A DNA stretch of 64,000 nt from a virus (Duplodnaviria > Caudoviricetes): positions 3,426 through 67,425 of IMG/VR virus record IMGVR_UViG_3300033066_001269, one strand, 5' to 3'. Under the pieces are notes generated by a model. That model searched no databases, had not been told where the DNA came from, and worked only from the letters and a program-made list of their open reading frames with translations. Positions 56,088-64,000 of the stretch are shown piece by piece (within the stretch, counting starts at the first letter, position 1; the number at the start of each line of letters is the position of its first letter). A program made the position numbers and the translations under genes.

Positions 56088-56255
56088 ATGGAACAAGGGA
56101 ACGCCCCGCACCGGCGGGAAATCAAGGTAGCTAAGGCAGACGATGTGCAGCGCGCTGCATTCGTCAACTACTTCAGCCAGTACTGCCGCAGCCGCGGCAA
56201 GGTTGTCGGCTTCACCCAGTTGTTGCGGGAGGTGAGGGGAGCGAAGCCGAAATGA
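56088..56255 (+). CDS. 55-aa hypothetical protein
   Basis: ATG at 56088 right after the helicase stop; SD GAGGAGG. Confidence 0.5.
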   Translation: MEQGNAPHRREIKVAKADDVQRAAFVNYFSQYCRSRGKVVGFTQLLREVRGAKPK

Positions 56256-56551
56256 TCACCTACACACATACCGTCAGCGACCCCAATACTCCTCTGCGTA
56301 TGTATATCGCGCTGAGGCTATTGCGGGCCTGGAATTCTGGCACCGCCGGCTTTTCCGCGGACGTCGTGATGATCGTCAATCGTTGGATTGACGAGGGCAT
56401 GAAAGGTCCGATTCCGTGGCCTGATAACCCGTTTTTTGAGGAGTGGGCGGAAGCGAACGGCTTCGTAAATATTAGAGGTCACGTCGGGTTCACTCTTCGG
56501 GTAGCTTTGTCGCCATTCGCGATCACCCTTCGTGAGGAAGTGTCGTTTTGA
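56252..56551 (+). CDS. Hypothetical protein
   Basis: ATGA overlap; 99 aa. Confidence 0.55.
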   Translation: MITYTHTVSDPNTPLRMYIALRLLRAWNSGTAGFSADVVMIVNRWIDEGMKGPIPWPDNPFFEEWAEANGFVNIRGHVGFTLRVALSPFAITLREEVSF

Positions 56552-56931
56552 CCTCCACCGCCCTCACAAACGACATCCTCCTGAAAATCCCCCAGCGCTT
56601 CCCCGACTCCCGCGTGTGGCGGAATAACCGGCTGGTGGCCCGCGACGCCAAGCGCACCATCTCCGCGGGCGTCGACGGCCAGGCCGATATCTCCGGCATC
56701 CTCGCCCCCAAGGGGAAGCGGCTGGAAATTGAGGTGAAGTTCGGCAAGGACCGGAGTTCGGACGTTCAGAGGAATTTCGGGACGATGATCACGCGGGCGG
56801 GGGGCATCTACATCATCGTCTGCACGGATGAGCGGACGTGCATGAAGGAGTGCTTATTTGCGATCGATGGCGGGTACGGCGTGGTGTTGGGGACGGAGGA
56901 GCTGATGCTGCTTCTCGACACCTTCGTATGA
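56548..56931 (+). CDS. VRR-NUC / PD-(D/E)xK nuclease
   Basis: GQADISG...LEIEVKFGKDRSSDVQ..F...ITRAGGIYII. Confidence 0.85.
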   Translation: MTSTALTNDILLKIPQRFPDSRVWRNNRLVARDAKRTISAGVDGQADISGILAPKGKRLEIEVKFGKDRSSDVQRNFGTMITRAGGIYIIVCTDERTCMKECLFAIDGGYGVVLGTEELMLLLDTFV

Positions 56932-57164
56932 GCGCCCTCCTCCACGCCAAGCAGCGGGCACGGGAACGCTACGGAGCGTCGCTCTCCGGTCGCGACTTCC
57001 GCGCCATGGCTCATCTGATCCGCGACGGCCGGAGCACGCCGGTCCGACGCTCCAGCCTCTCCCGCTCCGTCCATTGGGTGTTCTACCGGGACCGCGATTG
57101 GCTGGTCGTGTACAGCAGGCAGAGTAAGGGCATCGTGACGGTGCTCGATCCGGAACGAGGTTAA
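56928..57164 (+). CDS. Small RelE-like / DUF4258-like protein
   Basis: HAKQRARERY...LVVYS...IVTVL. Confidence 0.5.
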   Translation: MSALLHAKQRARERYGASLSGRDFRAMAHLIRDGRSTPVRRSSLSRSVHWVFYRDRDWLVVYSRQSKGIVTVLDPERG

Positions 57165-57169
57165 GAAAG

Positions 57170-57451
57170 ATGGCAGAGTTTGGATTTCACCCTGAAAACT
57201 GGAAGCCGATCAAGAAGAATACGCTCCTTGGGTCCTTCTCCCTCCGAGTGCTCCCGTTCAATCTCGTGATCAAGGAGTGCCTTTTTCACGAAAAAAATGG
57301 GAAGCATTGGATTGCCTTTCCCTCCCGCCCCTGGACGAACAAGAGTGGGGAGACGCAGTACGCCGCCATCCTCGACTTTGATCCGAAGGAGACATGGGGG
57401 CAGTTCCAAGATGCAGTGATTCCGCGGGTGAGGTCACTTGCCGGGCTATGA
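57170..57451 (+). CDS. SpoVG/PC4-like nucleic-acid-binding protein
   Basis: LLGSFSL...VIKECLFHEKNGKHWIAFPSR. Confidence 0.65.
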   Translation: MAEFGFHPENWKPIKKNTLLGSFSLRVLPFNLVIKECLFHEKNGKHWIAFPSRPWTNKSGETQYAAILDFDPKETWGQFQDAVIPRVRSLAGL

Positions 57452-59649
57452 GCGCAATCGCGGTGGCTTCCATGCTGGAGTGGGCGGAGCGCTACGCCGC
57501 TTTACGATGGCCAGTGTTCCCCTGTGACGGGAAGCGGCCTAACGGAAAACTGGTACCGCATGGTCTGAAAGACGCCTCCATCGAAGGGCGCACCCTGAAG
57601 CGCTGGTGGGCGAGCGCCCCGGAAGCGAATGTCGGCATCTGCACGGGCGTCGCCTTCTGGGTGCTCGACGTCGATCTCAAGTCCGGCGGGCCCGAGAACC
57701 TGGAAGCGCTCGAGCACAAGCACGGGAAGTTGCCGGATACGCTCCAGCAGCAGACCGGAAGCGGCGGGCGGCACTACCTGTTCGCCCTACCCAACTTCAC
57801 CGTGACCAACTCCCGCGGACAGTTGCCGGCTGGCATCGACGTCCGCGGCATCGGCGGGTACATCGTAGCGCCGCCGTCGATCCACCCGCAGAGCCGCAAC
57901 GCTTACGAGTGGGACGGGCTAAAGGAGTTCGAGGACCAGCCGATTCTCCCGGCGCCGGAGTGGCTTCTGGGGTTACTGCGCCCCGCCGAGAACAGCAAGC
58001 CGAAAGCGCCGCCGCTCCCCGAAAAGATCTCCGAAGGCGGGCGCAACGAAATCCTGTTCAAGGAGGCCGCCCGGGTGCGCAACCTGGGATGGACGGAGGA
58101 GGAGATCTATCGCGCGCTTCAGGTCATCAACCAGCAACGGTGCTCCCCTCCGCTGTCGAACGATGAGCTTCGCACGATCGCCCACTCCGTGCTGCGATAT
58201 CAGCCCAGCGAGCAGCGGATAGTGCAGCCGACGGGTCAATTCCGCTTTGGCCCCGCGCCACCGCCCAGGGAGGATCCCGTCCTCAATTTCACCTACACCG
58301 ATACCGGCAACGCCGACCGGCTGGAAGCGCTCTGTGGTGAGGATCTGAAGTTCTCCGCCGCTCATCGGTCGTGGATCATCTGGGACGGCCGGCGCTGGGA
58401 GTTCGACCGCATCGACCGGCATGAAGTCATGGCGCAAGCAGCATTTTGTGAGTTAGTCCAGCGGGCGGAGCGGGTGGGGTTGGAGGAACCGCAATACAAG
58501 TGGGCGATTAAATCTCTCAACCTCAGCCGCATTGAGTCCGCCCTGCGGGTACTCCGCCCCCGCCTCACCGTAGCCGCGCACCAGTTAGATCAAGACCCCT
58601 GGGCACTCAACTTCCTGAATGGGACGCTGGATCTCCGCAATGGTGAGCTTCGGCAGCACGTCCGTGCGGACATGCTGACCCGCATCGTCTATCACGACTA
58701 CCGCCCCCAGGCGCAGTGCCCCCGGTTCCTTCAATTCCTGGAACGCATCATGGGAGGAGGACCGGACGCCTCGGAAGAAGCCAACGAGCGGGCAGCGCGG
58801 TTGATCGAATATCTCCAACGGGTGTTTGGCTACGCGCTGACCGGCAAGACTGACGAGAAGGCCGTCTTTATCCTCTGGGGGGCGGGAAACAACGGGAAGA
58901 GCACGCTCCTCTACCTATTCAACGCGCTCCTACAGGACTACGCGACCGTACTCCAGATAGACACCCTCATGACCCGGCAGGAGAACAGCAACAATCAGGC
59001 CGACTTAGCCGACTTGAAAGACGCCCGGTTCGTGATCACCAGCGAGACAGAGGAAGGCCAGCGGCTAGCGGAAGGGAAGCTCAAGCGCATCACTCAGGGT
59101 CAAGGGAAAATTAAAGCCGTCCGTAAGTACGAGAACCCCATCGAGTTCCCCGAGACTCACAAGTTATTCATGGACGCCAACCACAAGCCGAATATCCGGG
59201 GGGACGATAAGGCCATCTGGAAGCGCCTCCACCTGATTCCGTTTGAGGTCACCATCCCCGATGACGAGATCGACCGCGACTTGCCCGCGAAGCTACTCGC
59301 GGAAGCGGAAGGCGTATTGGCGTGGGCGGTGCAAGGGTGCCTCCGATGGCAGAAAGACGGGCTGATGCCGCCGGAGGAGGTCACCGGGGCGGCGGCGGAG
59401 TGGAGAGCCGAGATGGACCAGGTGGGGAGATTCTTGGAGGAGGAGTGCGAGGTGAATGAGCGCGACACCTCAAGCGCCACTTCGCTATATCAGGCTTACG
59501 TGAAGTGGAGCGAGGCCAGAGGGGAACGACCTATGACGGGAACAGCTTTCGGCAAGAGAGTCAGTTCTAAGTTTGAAAGGGTAAGGAGAACGGCTGGCAT
59601 GTTCTACAACGGCGTCGGACTGAGGGCGGACCAAAGGGCGGAACAATGA
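57448..59649 (+). CDS. Bifunctional primase-polymerase + PriCT + D5-type SF3 helicase
   Basis: WPVFPC, ANVGICTG, VLDVD, TGSGGRHY, GGYIVAPPS; GRNEILF; GAGNNGKST; likely start ATG 57448. Confidence 0.9.
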   Translation: MSAIAVASMLEWAERYAALRWPVFPCDGKRPNGKLVPHGLKDASIEGRTLKRWWASAPEANVGICTGVAFWVLDVDLKSGGPENLEALEHKHGKLPDTLQQQTGSGGRHYLFALPNFTVTNSRGQLPAGIDVRGIGGYIVAPPSIHPQSRNAYEWDGLKEFEDQPILPAPEWLLGLLRPAENSKPKAPPLPEKISEGGRNEILFKEAARVRNLGWTEEEIYRALQVINQQRCSPPLSNDELRTIAHSVLRYQPSEQRIVQPTGQFRFGPAPPPREDPVLNFTYTDTGNADRLEALCGEDLKFSAAHRSWIIWDGRRWEFDRIDRHEVMAQAAFCELVQRAERVGLEEPQYKWAIKSLNLSRIESALRVLRPRLTVAAHQLDQDPWALNFLNGTLDLRNGELRQHVRADMLTRIVYHDYRPQAQCPRFLQFLERIMGGGPDASEEANERAARLIEYLQRVFGYALTGKTDEKAVFILWGAGNNGKSTLLYLFNALLQDYATVLQIDTLMTRQENSNNQADLADLKDARFVITSETEEGQRLAEGKLKRITQGQGKIKAVRKYENPIEFPETHKLFMDANHKPNIRGDDKAIWKRLHLIPFEVTIPDDEIDRDLPAKLLAEAEGVLAWAVQGCLRWQKDGLMPPEEVTGAAAEWRAEMDQVGRFLEEECEVNERDTSSATSLYQAYVKWSEARGERPMTGTAFGKRVSSKFERVRRTAGMFYNGVGLRADQRAEQ

Positions 59650-59822
59650 CGCCATCTCGCTATCAATACAACCGGAGATACAAAGGGCAGTGCGAGAACC
59701 CGGGCTGCAAAGCTCCGTTCGAGTCTCCGAACCCGAATCAGAAGGTATGTGGATTGCACGCCTGTAAGCTGTGGGCGGACCGGAAGAGAGACCAGCGGAG
59801 AAGGCGGAAGAGGAAGCCTTAG
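59646..59822 (+). CDS. 58-aa Zn-finger protein with a basic tail
   Basis: CENPGC...CGLHAC then RRRRKRK; ATGA overlap; not in the ORF track. Confidence 0.55.
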   Translation: MTPSRYQYNRRYKGQCENPGCKAPFESPNPNQKVCGLHACKLWADRKRDQRRRRKRKP

Positions 59823-60724
59823 ACTTCCCCCGTCCTAATCCCCAGCTTGTCGCACGCAGGCTTTTCCAACCCGCTAACCGTGCCAAGGTAACGCTCGGTC
59901 GTCTGTACGCTCGAATGCCCGAGCGCCGCCTGGATGCTTTGCATCTCCGCCCCGCCCTTCTTCGCCAGCGCGGCGAACGTCCGCCGCAAATCATGGGGCG
60001 AGATTCGCAGCCCCGCTTCCTCCGCCCACTTCACGGCGATCCGATAGACCGCCGAGGCAGTGAGCCCCCGGTCGGGGTGAACGCCATCCGGGTACACCTG
60101 GCGGATGAGTGGCCCCTGGCCGATCTTCGCCATCCCCACCCACGCCCACACCCGGTCCGCCACCCAGTCCGGGATAGCGACCGTGCGGAATCGCCGCCCC
60201 TTCCCCATCAGGTCCGCGATCACCCAGCGGTCCTCACGTTGCTGCACTTGGGTGATGACCAGCCCCGCCACTTCCTCCCGGCGGAGCCCGGCGCCGATGA
60301 GGAGTCCCAGCACGGCCCGGTCTCGCAAGCCTCCGAGCGTTGCGGTGTCCGGAGCCTGTAGGAGCGCCCGTGCTTGCGGCAGCGTGAGCCACCGGCCCGT
60401 GCGCTGACCAAGGCGCTTCTCGCCCTTGATGCTGGTGATCGCCATCGCCGCGGCGTGGTCCATGAGGCCCGCGGCCGCGGCTTGATTGGCGAGCGCCTTA
60501 ATCGCCGCCATGTGGAGATTCACGCTCTGCGGCTTCATCCGGTCCACCAGGCTCGCCCGGTACGCCGCCACGGTCTCGCGGGTGAACTCGGTCCGGCCCG
60601 TCGCCTCCAGCCAAAGGAAGAACCCCCGCAGCGCGGCTCCATACGCGCGGCGGGAGTTCTCGGAGTTGACGGAGTTGAGAACGAGGTCGATGGCGCGTTG
60701 CTGCCAGGGGATAGTCGGGGTCAT
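59819..60724 (-). CDS. Second tyrosine recombinase (XerC/D-like, no arm-binding domain)
   Basis: LRDRAVLGLLIGAGLRREEV, GKG, HDLRRT, LGHSSVQTTERY; likely start ATG 60724. Confidence 0.85.
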   Translation of the reverse strand: MTPTIPWQQRAIDLVLNSVNSENSRRAYGAALRGFFLWLEATGRTEFTRETVAAYRASLVDRMKPQSVNLHMAAIKALANQAAAAGLMDHAAAMAITSIKGEKRLGQRTGRWLTLPQARALLQAPDTATLGGLRDRAVLGLLIGAGLRREEVAGLVITQVQQREDRWVIADLMGKGRRFRTVAIPDWVADRVWAWVGMAKIGQGPLIRQVYPDGVHPDRGLTASAVYRIAVKWAEEAGLRISPHDLRRTFAALAKKGGAEMQSIQAALGHSSVQTTERYLGTVSGLEKPACDKLGIRTGEV

Positions 60725-60843
60725 GGCAACAACCCCAGGTGACGGCCACCTTCCGCCGGTGTCCAACCGCGCCGGCACCCGGGACAGCCCCACGGGAAGT
60801 GGCGGAGGAAGTGGGCGATGCGGTAGCGGATGCGGCGGATCAT
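60721..60843 (-). CDS. 40-aa basic hypothetical peptide
   Basis: ATG 60843 to TGA 60721, coupled to both neighbours. Confidence 0.4.
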   Translation of the reverse strand: MIRRIRYRIAHFLRHFPWGCPGCRRGWTPAEGGRHLGLLP

Positions 60844-61025
60844 ACTCCGCACCGTGCCTTAATGTGCGCTTCCACCAATTCACGAGCCATCCCCTGGTCC
60901 GTAATTTCGTTCTCCGCAAACCACCGCCGCCACCCTTCCACGATCTCTTCGTGATGGTCTACGTCGGCGATGGAAATGAATGGCTGTAGCGCGTACTCTG
61001 CTAGCTCGCGCAACTTATCTCCCAC
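60840..61025 (-). CDS. Hypothetical protein
   Basis: GTG 61025; 61 aa; operon coupling. Confidence 0.5.
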   Translation of the reverse strand: MGDKLRELAEYALQPFISIADVDHHEEIVEGWRRWFAENEITDQGMARELVEAHIKARCGV

Positions 61026-61245
61026 GTCTCTTCTCCTTCTTCTCCGCCGCGCGTTCCCGCGCCTCCTGCTTCGCCCCCAAATGGAATACCGCGTCCCAGG
61101 CCACCGCGTAGCCCTTGCGGCGTCCCTTCTGGCGGACCACCACATAGCCCGCGTAGGCTTCCACCACCAGCGGGCGAAGGCTGCCCTCCGCCCGCACGCT
61201 GATACCGGTCTCCCGGCGTAATGGATGTCCGTTGAGGGGGGTCAT
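61015..61245 (-). CDS. Small basic hypothetical protein
   Basis: 76 aa; ATGA overlap. Confidence 0.6.
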   Translation of the reverse strand: MTPLNGHPLRRETGISVRAEGSLRPLVVEAYAGYVVVRQKGRRKGYAVAWDAVFHLGAKQEARERAAEKKEKRRGR

Positions 61246-61625
61246 GATTTAGTCGCTCCGATCTTTCGAATTTCTTCAATGGATTCCACCTCGGCCTTAC
61301 ATTCGAAGCAGGTGTCCCCCACCTCCTCTGTCAAGAGCGCCCCACAAGCACACTTTGTAGCGCTTCCACTCACCTCCTCGAAGCGGACGCGCCACTTCTT
61401 GCCGGTCTCGTCGGTGAACTCCTCGCCGTCAACAACCACCACTTCGTTGATGAACACAAAGGGATTCTTCTCCAGATCCTCGGACTCCGGGTCTTCCACC
61501 TCAATCTCGTAGTCTTCGCAGATTGCGGTGCGGATGTTGAAGTCCTCGCCCGCTACCATCCGCACGTCCAGCGAGTCGTCATCGTCGAACGCCTCGCGCC
61601 ACTGTGTGATGACTAGGTTAAGCAT
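61242..61625 (-). CDS. Highly acidic protein with a C-terminal Zn ribbon
   Basis: Likely start 61625; about 34 D/E in 127 aa; CACG...CFEC. Confidence 0.65.
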   Translation of the reverse strand: MLNLVITQWREAFDDDDSLDVRMVAGEDFNIRTAICEDYEIEVEDPESEDLEKNPFVFINEVVVVDGEEFTDETGKKWRVRFEEVSGSATKCACGALLTEEVGDTCFECKAEVESIEEIRKIGATKS

Positions 61626-61812
61626 CGCGCCACTCCATCTCAACGTAAGCAATGAAATCGACCGGGATAACGATCCATACGCGCTTTTCCTGCGATGCCC
61701 ACATCCTGAATGGGGCGCCGTGCTTGTCTGGCAGTTCATTGATTGTTTCTATCCAGCCGTTCAGAGAGGGCCGACTGTCACGGAAGTGAACGGTGATATT
61801 AGCGATACGCAC
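61618..61812 (-). CDS. Hypothetical protein
   Basis: GTG 61812 with SD GGAGGTG; 64 aa. Confidence 0.55.
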   Translation of the reverse strand: MRIANITVHFRDSRPSLNGWIETINELPDKHGAPFRMWASQEKRVWIVIPVDFIAYVEMEWRDA

Positions 61813-62110
61813 AAACCACCTCCTTCTCCGTCTTCTCCACCGCTTCCAGCGCCTCCACCAGCCTCGCGCGGAGCTGCAGATGCCCACAACTCGACCATGC
61901 CTTTACGCGCTCCTGCGGGTCCGGCGCCAGGTAGGGCAGCACCTCGCGGGCGATCTCGACGATGGCGTCATACGCTTCCATCCGCGCGACGATCTCGTCC
62001 TCGTTGAGGTAGCGGACGTGCTCAATTTTCTCGGTATCGACGGTGTGGAACAAGAGGCAGAAGTCCCCCTCCCCGTCCACGCCCGTGAACCACTGGATGA
62101 TGTGTTCCAT
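61799..62110 (-). CDS. Hypothetical protein
   Basis: ATG 62110 with SD AAGGAG; 103 aa. Confidence 0.6.
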   Translation of the reverse strand: MEHIIQWFTGVDGEGDFCLLFHTVDTEKIEHVRYLNEDEIVARMEAYDAIVEIAREVLPYLAPDPQERVKAWSSCGHLQLRARLVEALEAVEKTEKEVVCAYR

Positions 62111-62178
62111 GCTTTCTCTCCTTTCGAAACCCCTCAGCACGGCCCGCCGCTGGGGTAGCCGTGCTCAGAGGTCTCTAC

Positions 62179-62829
62179 CTAAGATCTCGTCGGAGACAGC
62201 GCCACTATGGGAGACTGCCCCGGCAATTCCTTGATGTACTCACTCAGTAGCCAAGCAAGCCAGTTCTTCGCAGCCTTCTCCCCCATCCGCTGGTTATGCT
62301 CCTTGGTGAATTCCCGGTACGCCTTTTCGATTTGGCATCGATAAGGCTCCGCTGCCGGATCAAGCTTGCTAACGGCTTCCATTGGCCCATCGAAGGCAAT
62401 CAGGCATACGTTCGTCGGCTCATGCCGGATGGTATCCGTCCCCGGCTCATACGAGCACGCCAACACGTAACGGTCATCCCGCACGCAAGGGTGAACGCGA
62501 TGGTCGTGTTCGGAATAGGCCATGTACGCTTCTATGAACGGGGAGAATTCCACCGGCTCCTTGACGAATCCCGCCAGTGCGTTCAATACCTGTTGCTTCG
62601 CGGCATCGACCGTGTGGGTTTCGAGAAAACAATGCCGGTTGCTCCAGTGGGCCTGCCCGCGCCGCCGGTGGCCTTCACACTCCGCACAATTCCGGTAGTG
62701 GATCGTCGCCAGCCAGGCGCGGCCCTGGTAGTCCTGAATCTCGACGTAGTGGCTCTCGCCGTGCGGGCACTGCGCGAAACGCGCCTGTAATGAGTGGCTC
62801 ACGCCCCTCCGTTGTAGTTGAATCCTCAT
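62179..62829 (-). CDS. Hypothetical protein with Cys/His motifs
   Basis: CPHGESHY, CAECEGH; SD GGAAGGTG. Confidence 0.65.
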   Translation of the reverse strand: MRIQLQRRGVSHSLQARFAQCPHGESHYVEIQDYQGRAWLATIHYRNCAECEGHRRRGQAHWSNRHCFLETHTVDAAKQQVLNALAGFVKEPVEFSPFIEAYMAYSEHDHRVHPCVRDDRYVLACSYEPGTDTIRHEPTNVCLIAFDGPMEAVSKLDPAAEPYRCQIEKAYREFTKEHNQRMGEKAAKNWLAWLLSEYIKELPGQSPIVALSPTRS

Positions 62830-63026
62830 ATCACCTTCCTCCTGTCCAAAAGATCCAGGCCAGCGCTTCCGCCAGCCCCAGCCCTACGCCGATGGCGACG
62901 CGCATGGTTCCTCCGCTTCCTCCTCGGCCTCGCACCAGCACGGCTCGGTCGGGTCGTCGCAATCCCCGCAATGATCTTGCGGATGTCCTCCCACATCGCT
63001 TTGGGAATGGTGATGGTCTCAGCCAT
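62826..63026 (-). CDS. Small protein with an Arg-rich tail
   Basis: SD AAGGAG; RPRRKRRNHARRHRRR. Confidence 0.55.
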   Translation of the reverse strand: MAETITIPKAMWEDIRKIIAGIATTRPSRAGARPRRKRRNHARRHRRRAGAGGSAGLDLLDRRKVI

Positions 63027-63264
63027 GGGTCTCTCCTTCCTCGTTCTCCTCGCCTTCCTGGTCCTCGTCGTCGTCGTCCGCGACGATCAGGTCATCCACG
63101 TCCAGACCAGCCAAGTCCGATCTGGTGTCGATATCGACCTCGACGCCGCAATCCGACAAGTGCCGCTCCAGTTCATTGGCGGCCTCCCAGAACTTGGTTT
63201 GCAGGTCGGCCAGCGTTTTCAACATCTCCGTCGCAAGCTGTCTGTCTTCCGGGCTAAGGCTCAT
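63019..63264 (-). CDS. Very acidic 81-aa protein
   Basis: Likely start 63264; about one third D/E, tail ADDDDEDQEGEENEEGE. Confidence 0.65.
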   Translation of the reverse strand: MSLSPEDRQLATEMLKTLADLQTKFWEAANELERHLSDCGVEVDIDTRSDLAGLDVDDLIVADDDDEDQEGEENEEGETHG

Positions 63265-63440
63265 TGCGGTAATACCTCCAACCATCGCCCGCCCAGCGGG
63301 ACGAACACCTCAACGCCCTTATCCATGCGTCCTTGGACGTAAGTACCCGTCCAGCCCATCTGTTTGCACAGCGCGTCTCCCCTGCCTGCAACCGCCGCAG
63401 TTCGATGAAACCGATCAGGTAGTATCTGTGCGTCATTGCC

Positions 63441-63734
63441 TTACGCCTCCACCCGGCCTTGCGCTCCCATGCAGACCATGTGACGCAGTAGCGAAACCAT
63501 GATGTTGTACGGCTCGCCCACCGGGCATTGCACCCCACCGATGAATTGCGGCGGCGTGCGGAACGGCTGGATCTCGCACATGTTCCGCCAGCCGTCGTAC
63601 CACTGCCGGATGATGATGTAGCCGGAGACGAAGCGGTCAATCCGCTCATCCCCATCGAACGTGGGAAGCAGCCTCGCCCCCCAGAATGAGCACACCGTGC
63701 CCAGCGCTTCGCCCTTGATTGGTTGTGACAGCAT
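63441..63734 (-). CDS. Hypothetical protein
   Basis: 97 aa; SD GGAGGAG. Confidence 0.55.
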   Translation of the reverse strand: MLSQPIKGEALGTVCSFWGARLLPTFDGDERIDRFVSGYIIIRQWYDGWRNMCEIQPFRTPPQFIGGVQCPVGEPYNIMVSLLRHMVCMGAQGRVEA

Positions 63735-63739
63735 GGCCG

Positions 63740-64000
63740 TTACTCCTCCACCCGGTAACGAAGAATCGGCTCACCCAACTCCAGAATGGTGAACTCCTTG
63801 TCGTTGAGAAGCAGGCAGGACGCCTTGGGCCAATCTAGCCACGAATCCAGGCCACGCGCAGTCTGCACGTAAATCCCGTTCGACTGAACCTTGGTCACCG
63901 TTCGCGCTAGACCGCTTCCATTCGCTAGCGCTTCCCGATCTTCGGGATATCGAAAGTGGCTTGCGTGTTTCGCCCAGGTCAGCCGAAGCTTGGTCCCGAC
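63740..64000 (-). CDS. Partial (5'-truncated) hypothetical protein
   Basis: Frame open from the window end: VGTKLRLTW...RTVTKVQSNGI...SWLDWPKA, stop at 63740. Confidence 0.55.
   Translation of the reverse strand, partial: VGTKLRLTWAKHASHFRYPEDREALANGSGLARTVTKVQSNGIYVQTARGLDSWLDWPKASCLLLNDKEFTILELGEPILRYRVEE

Larger units (their letters stand above)
1..64000. mobile_element. Temperate dsDNA bacteriophage, podovirus-like; both ends run off the window
   Basis: Complete packaging, head, tail, ejection, integration and replication modules; no housekeeping genes; intact attP next to the integrase. Confidence 0.95.

Noticed and set aside
62200-62230. Cobalamin-riboswitch-like words (GCCACT...GGGA, GACTGCCC)
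   Set aside because: They lie antisense within a coding sequence, the rest of the riboswitch is absent, and no relevant gene lies downstream

Overview
The whole window is one GC-rich temperate dsDNA phage with short-tail (podovirus-like) architecture. No host genes are visible, and the attachment site (3' half of tRNA-Arg(CCG), 45222-45272) is intact in mid-genome, so this is most likely the free/excised form. The + strand from 1 to 41.7 kb carries TerS, a terminase large subunit split in two by a glycosyltransferase, portal, scaffold, major capsid, a second glycosyltransferase, tail proteins, a beta-helix tailspike, a holin/spanin-like cassette, ejection proteins and a 3286-aa polyvalent protein (adenine methyltransferase + Strawberry-notch-type helicase + HExxH + LPD38-like). 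It also has two clusters of fibre/appendage-like genes whose products all carry Sec-type signal peptides and mostly paired cysteines. A divergent RHH-like repressor/Cro switch lies at 41.7-42.8 kb. It is followed by an early operon: an integrase whose first catalytic Arg is replaced by Asn, an HNH-AP2 ORF that reads through attP, YqaJ, DUF2303, a Gp3-like protein, an SMC-like ATPase, an SF2 helicase, VRR-NUC, a SpoVG-like protein and a primase-polymerase/D5 helicase. A leftward block holds a second tyrosine recombinase and small acidic proteins. The host is inferred, not shown, to be Acidobacteriota. Top leads: the signal-peptide-bearing appendage clusters, the split TerL, the attP-spanning endonuclease and the atypical integrase. 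All family assignments are from motif recognition by eye; no database search was run.
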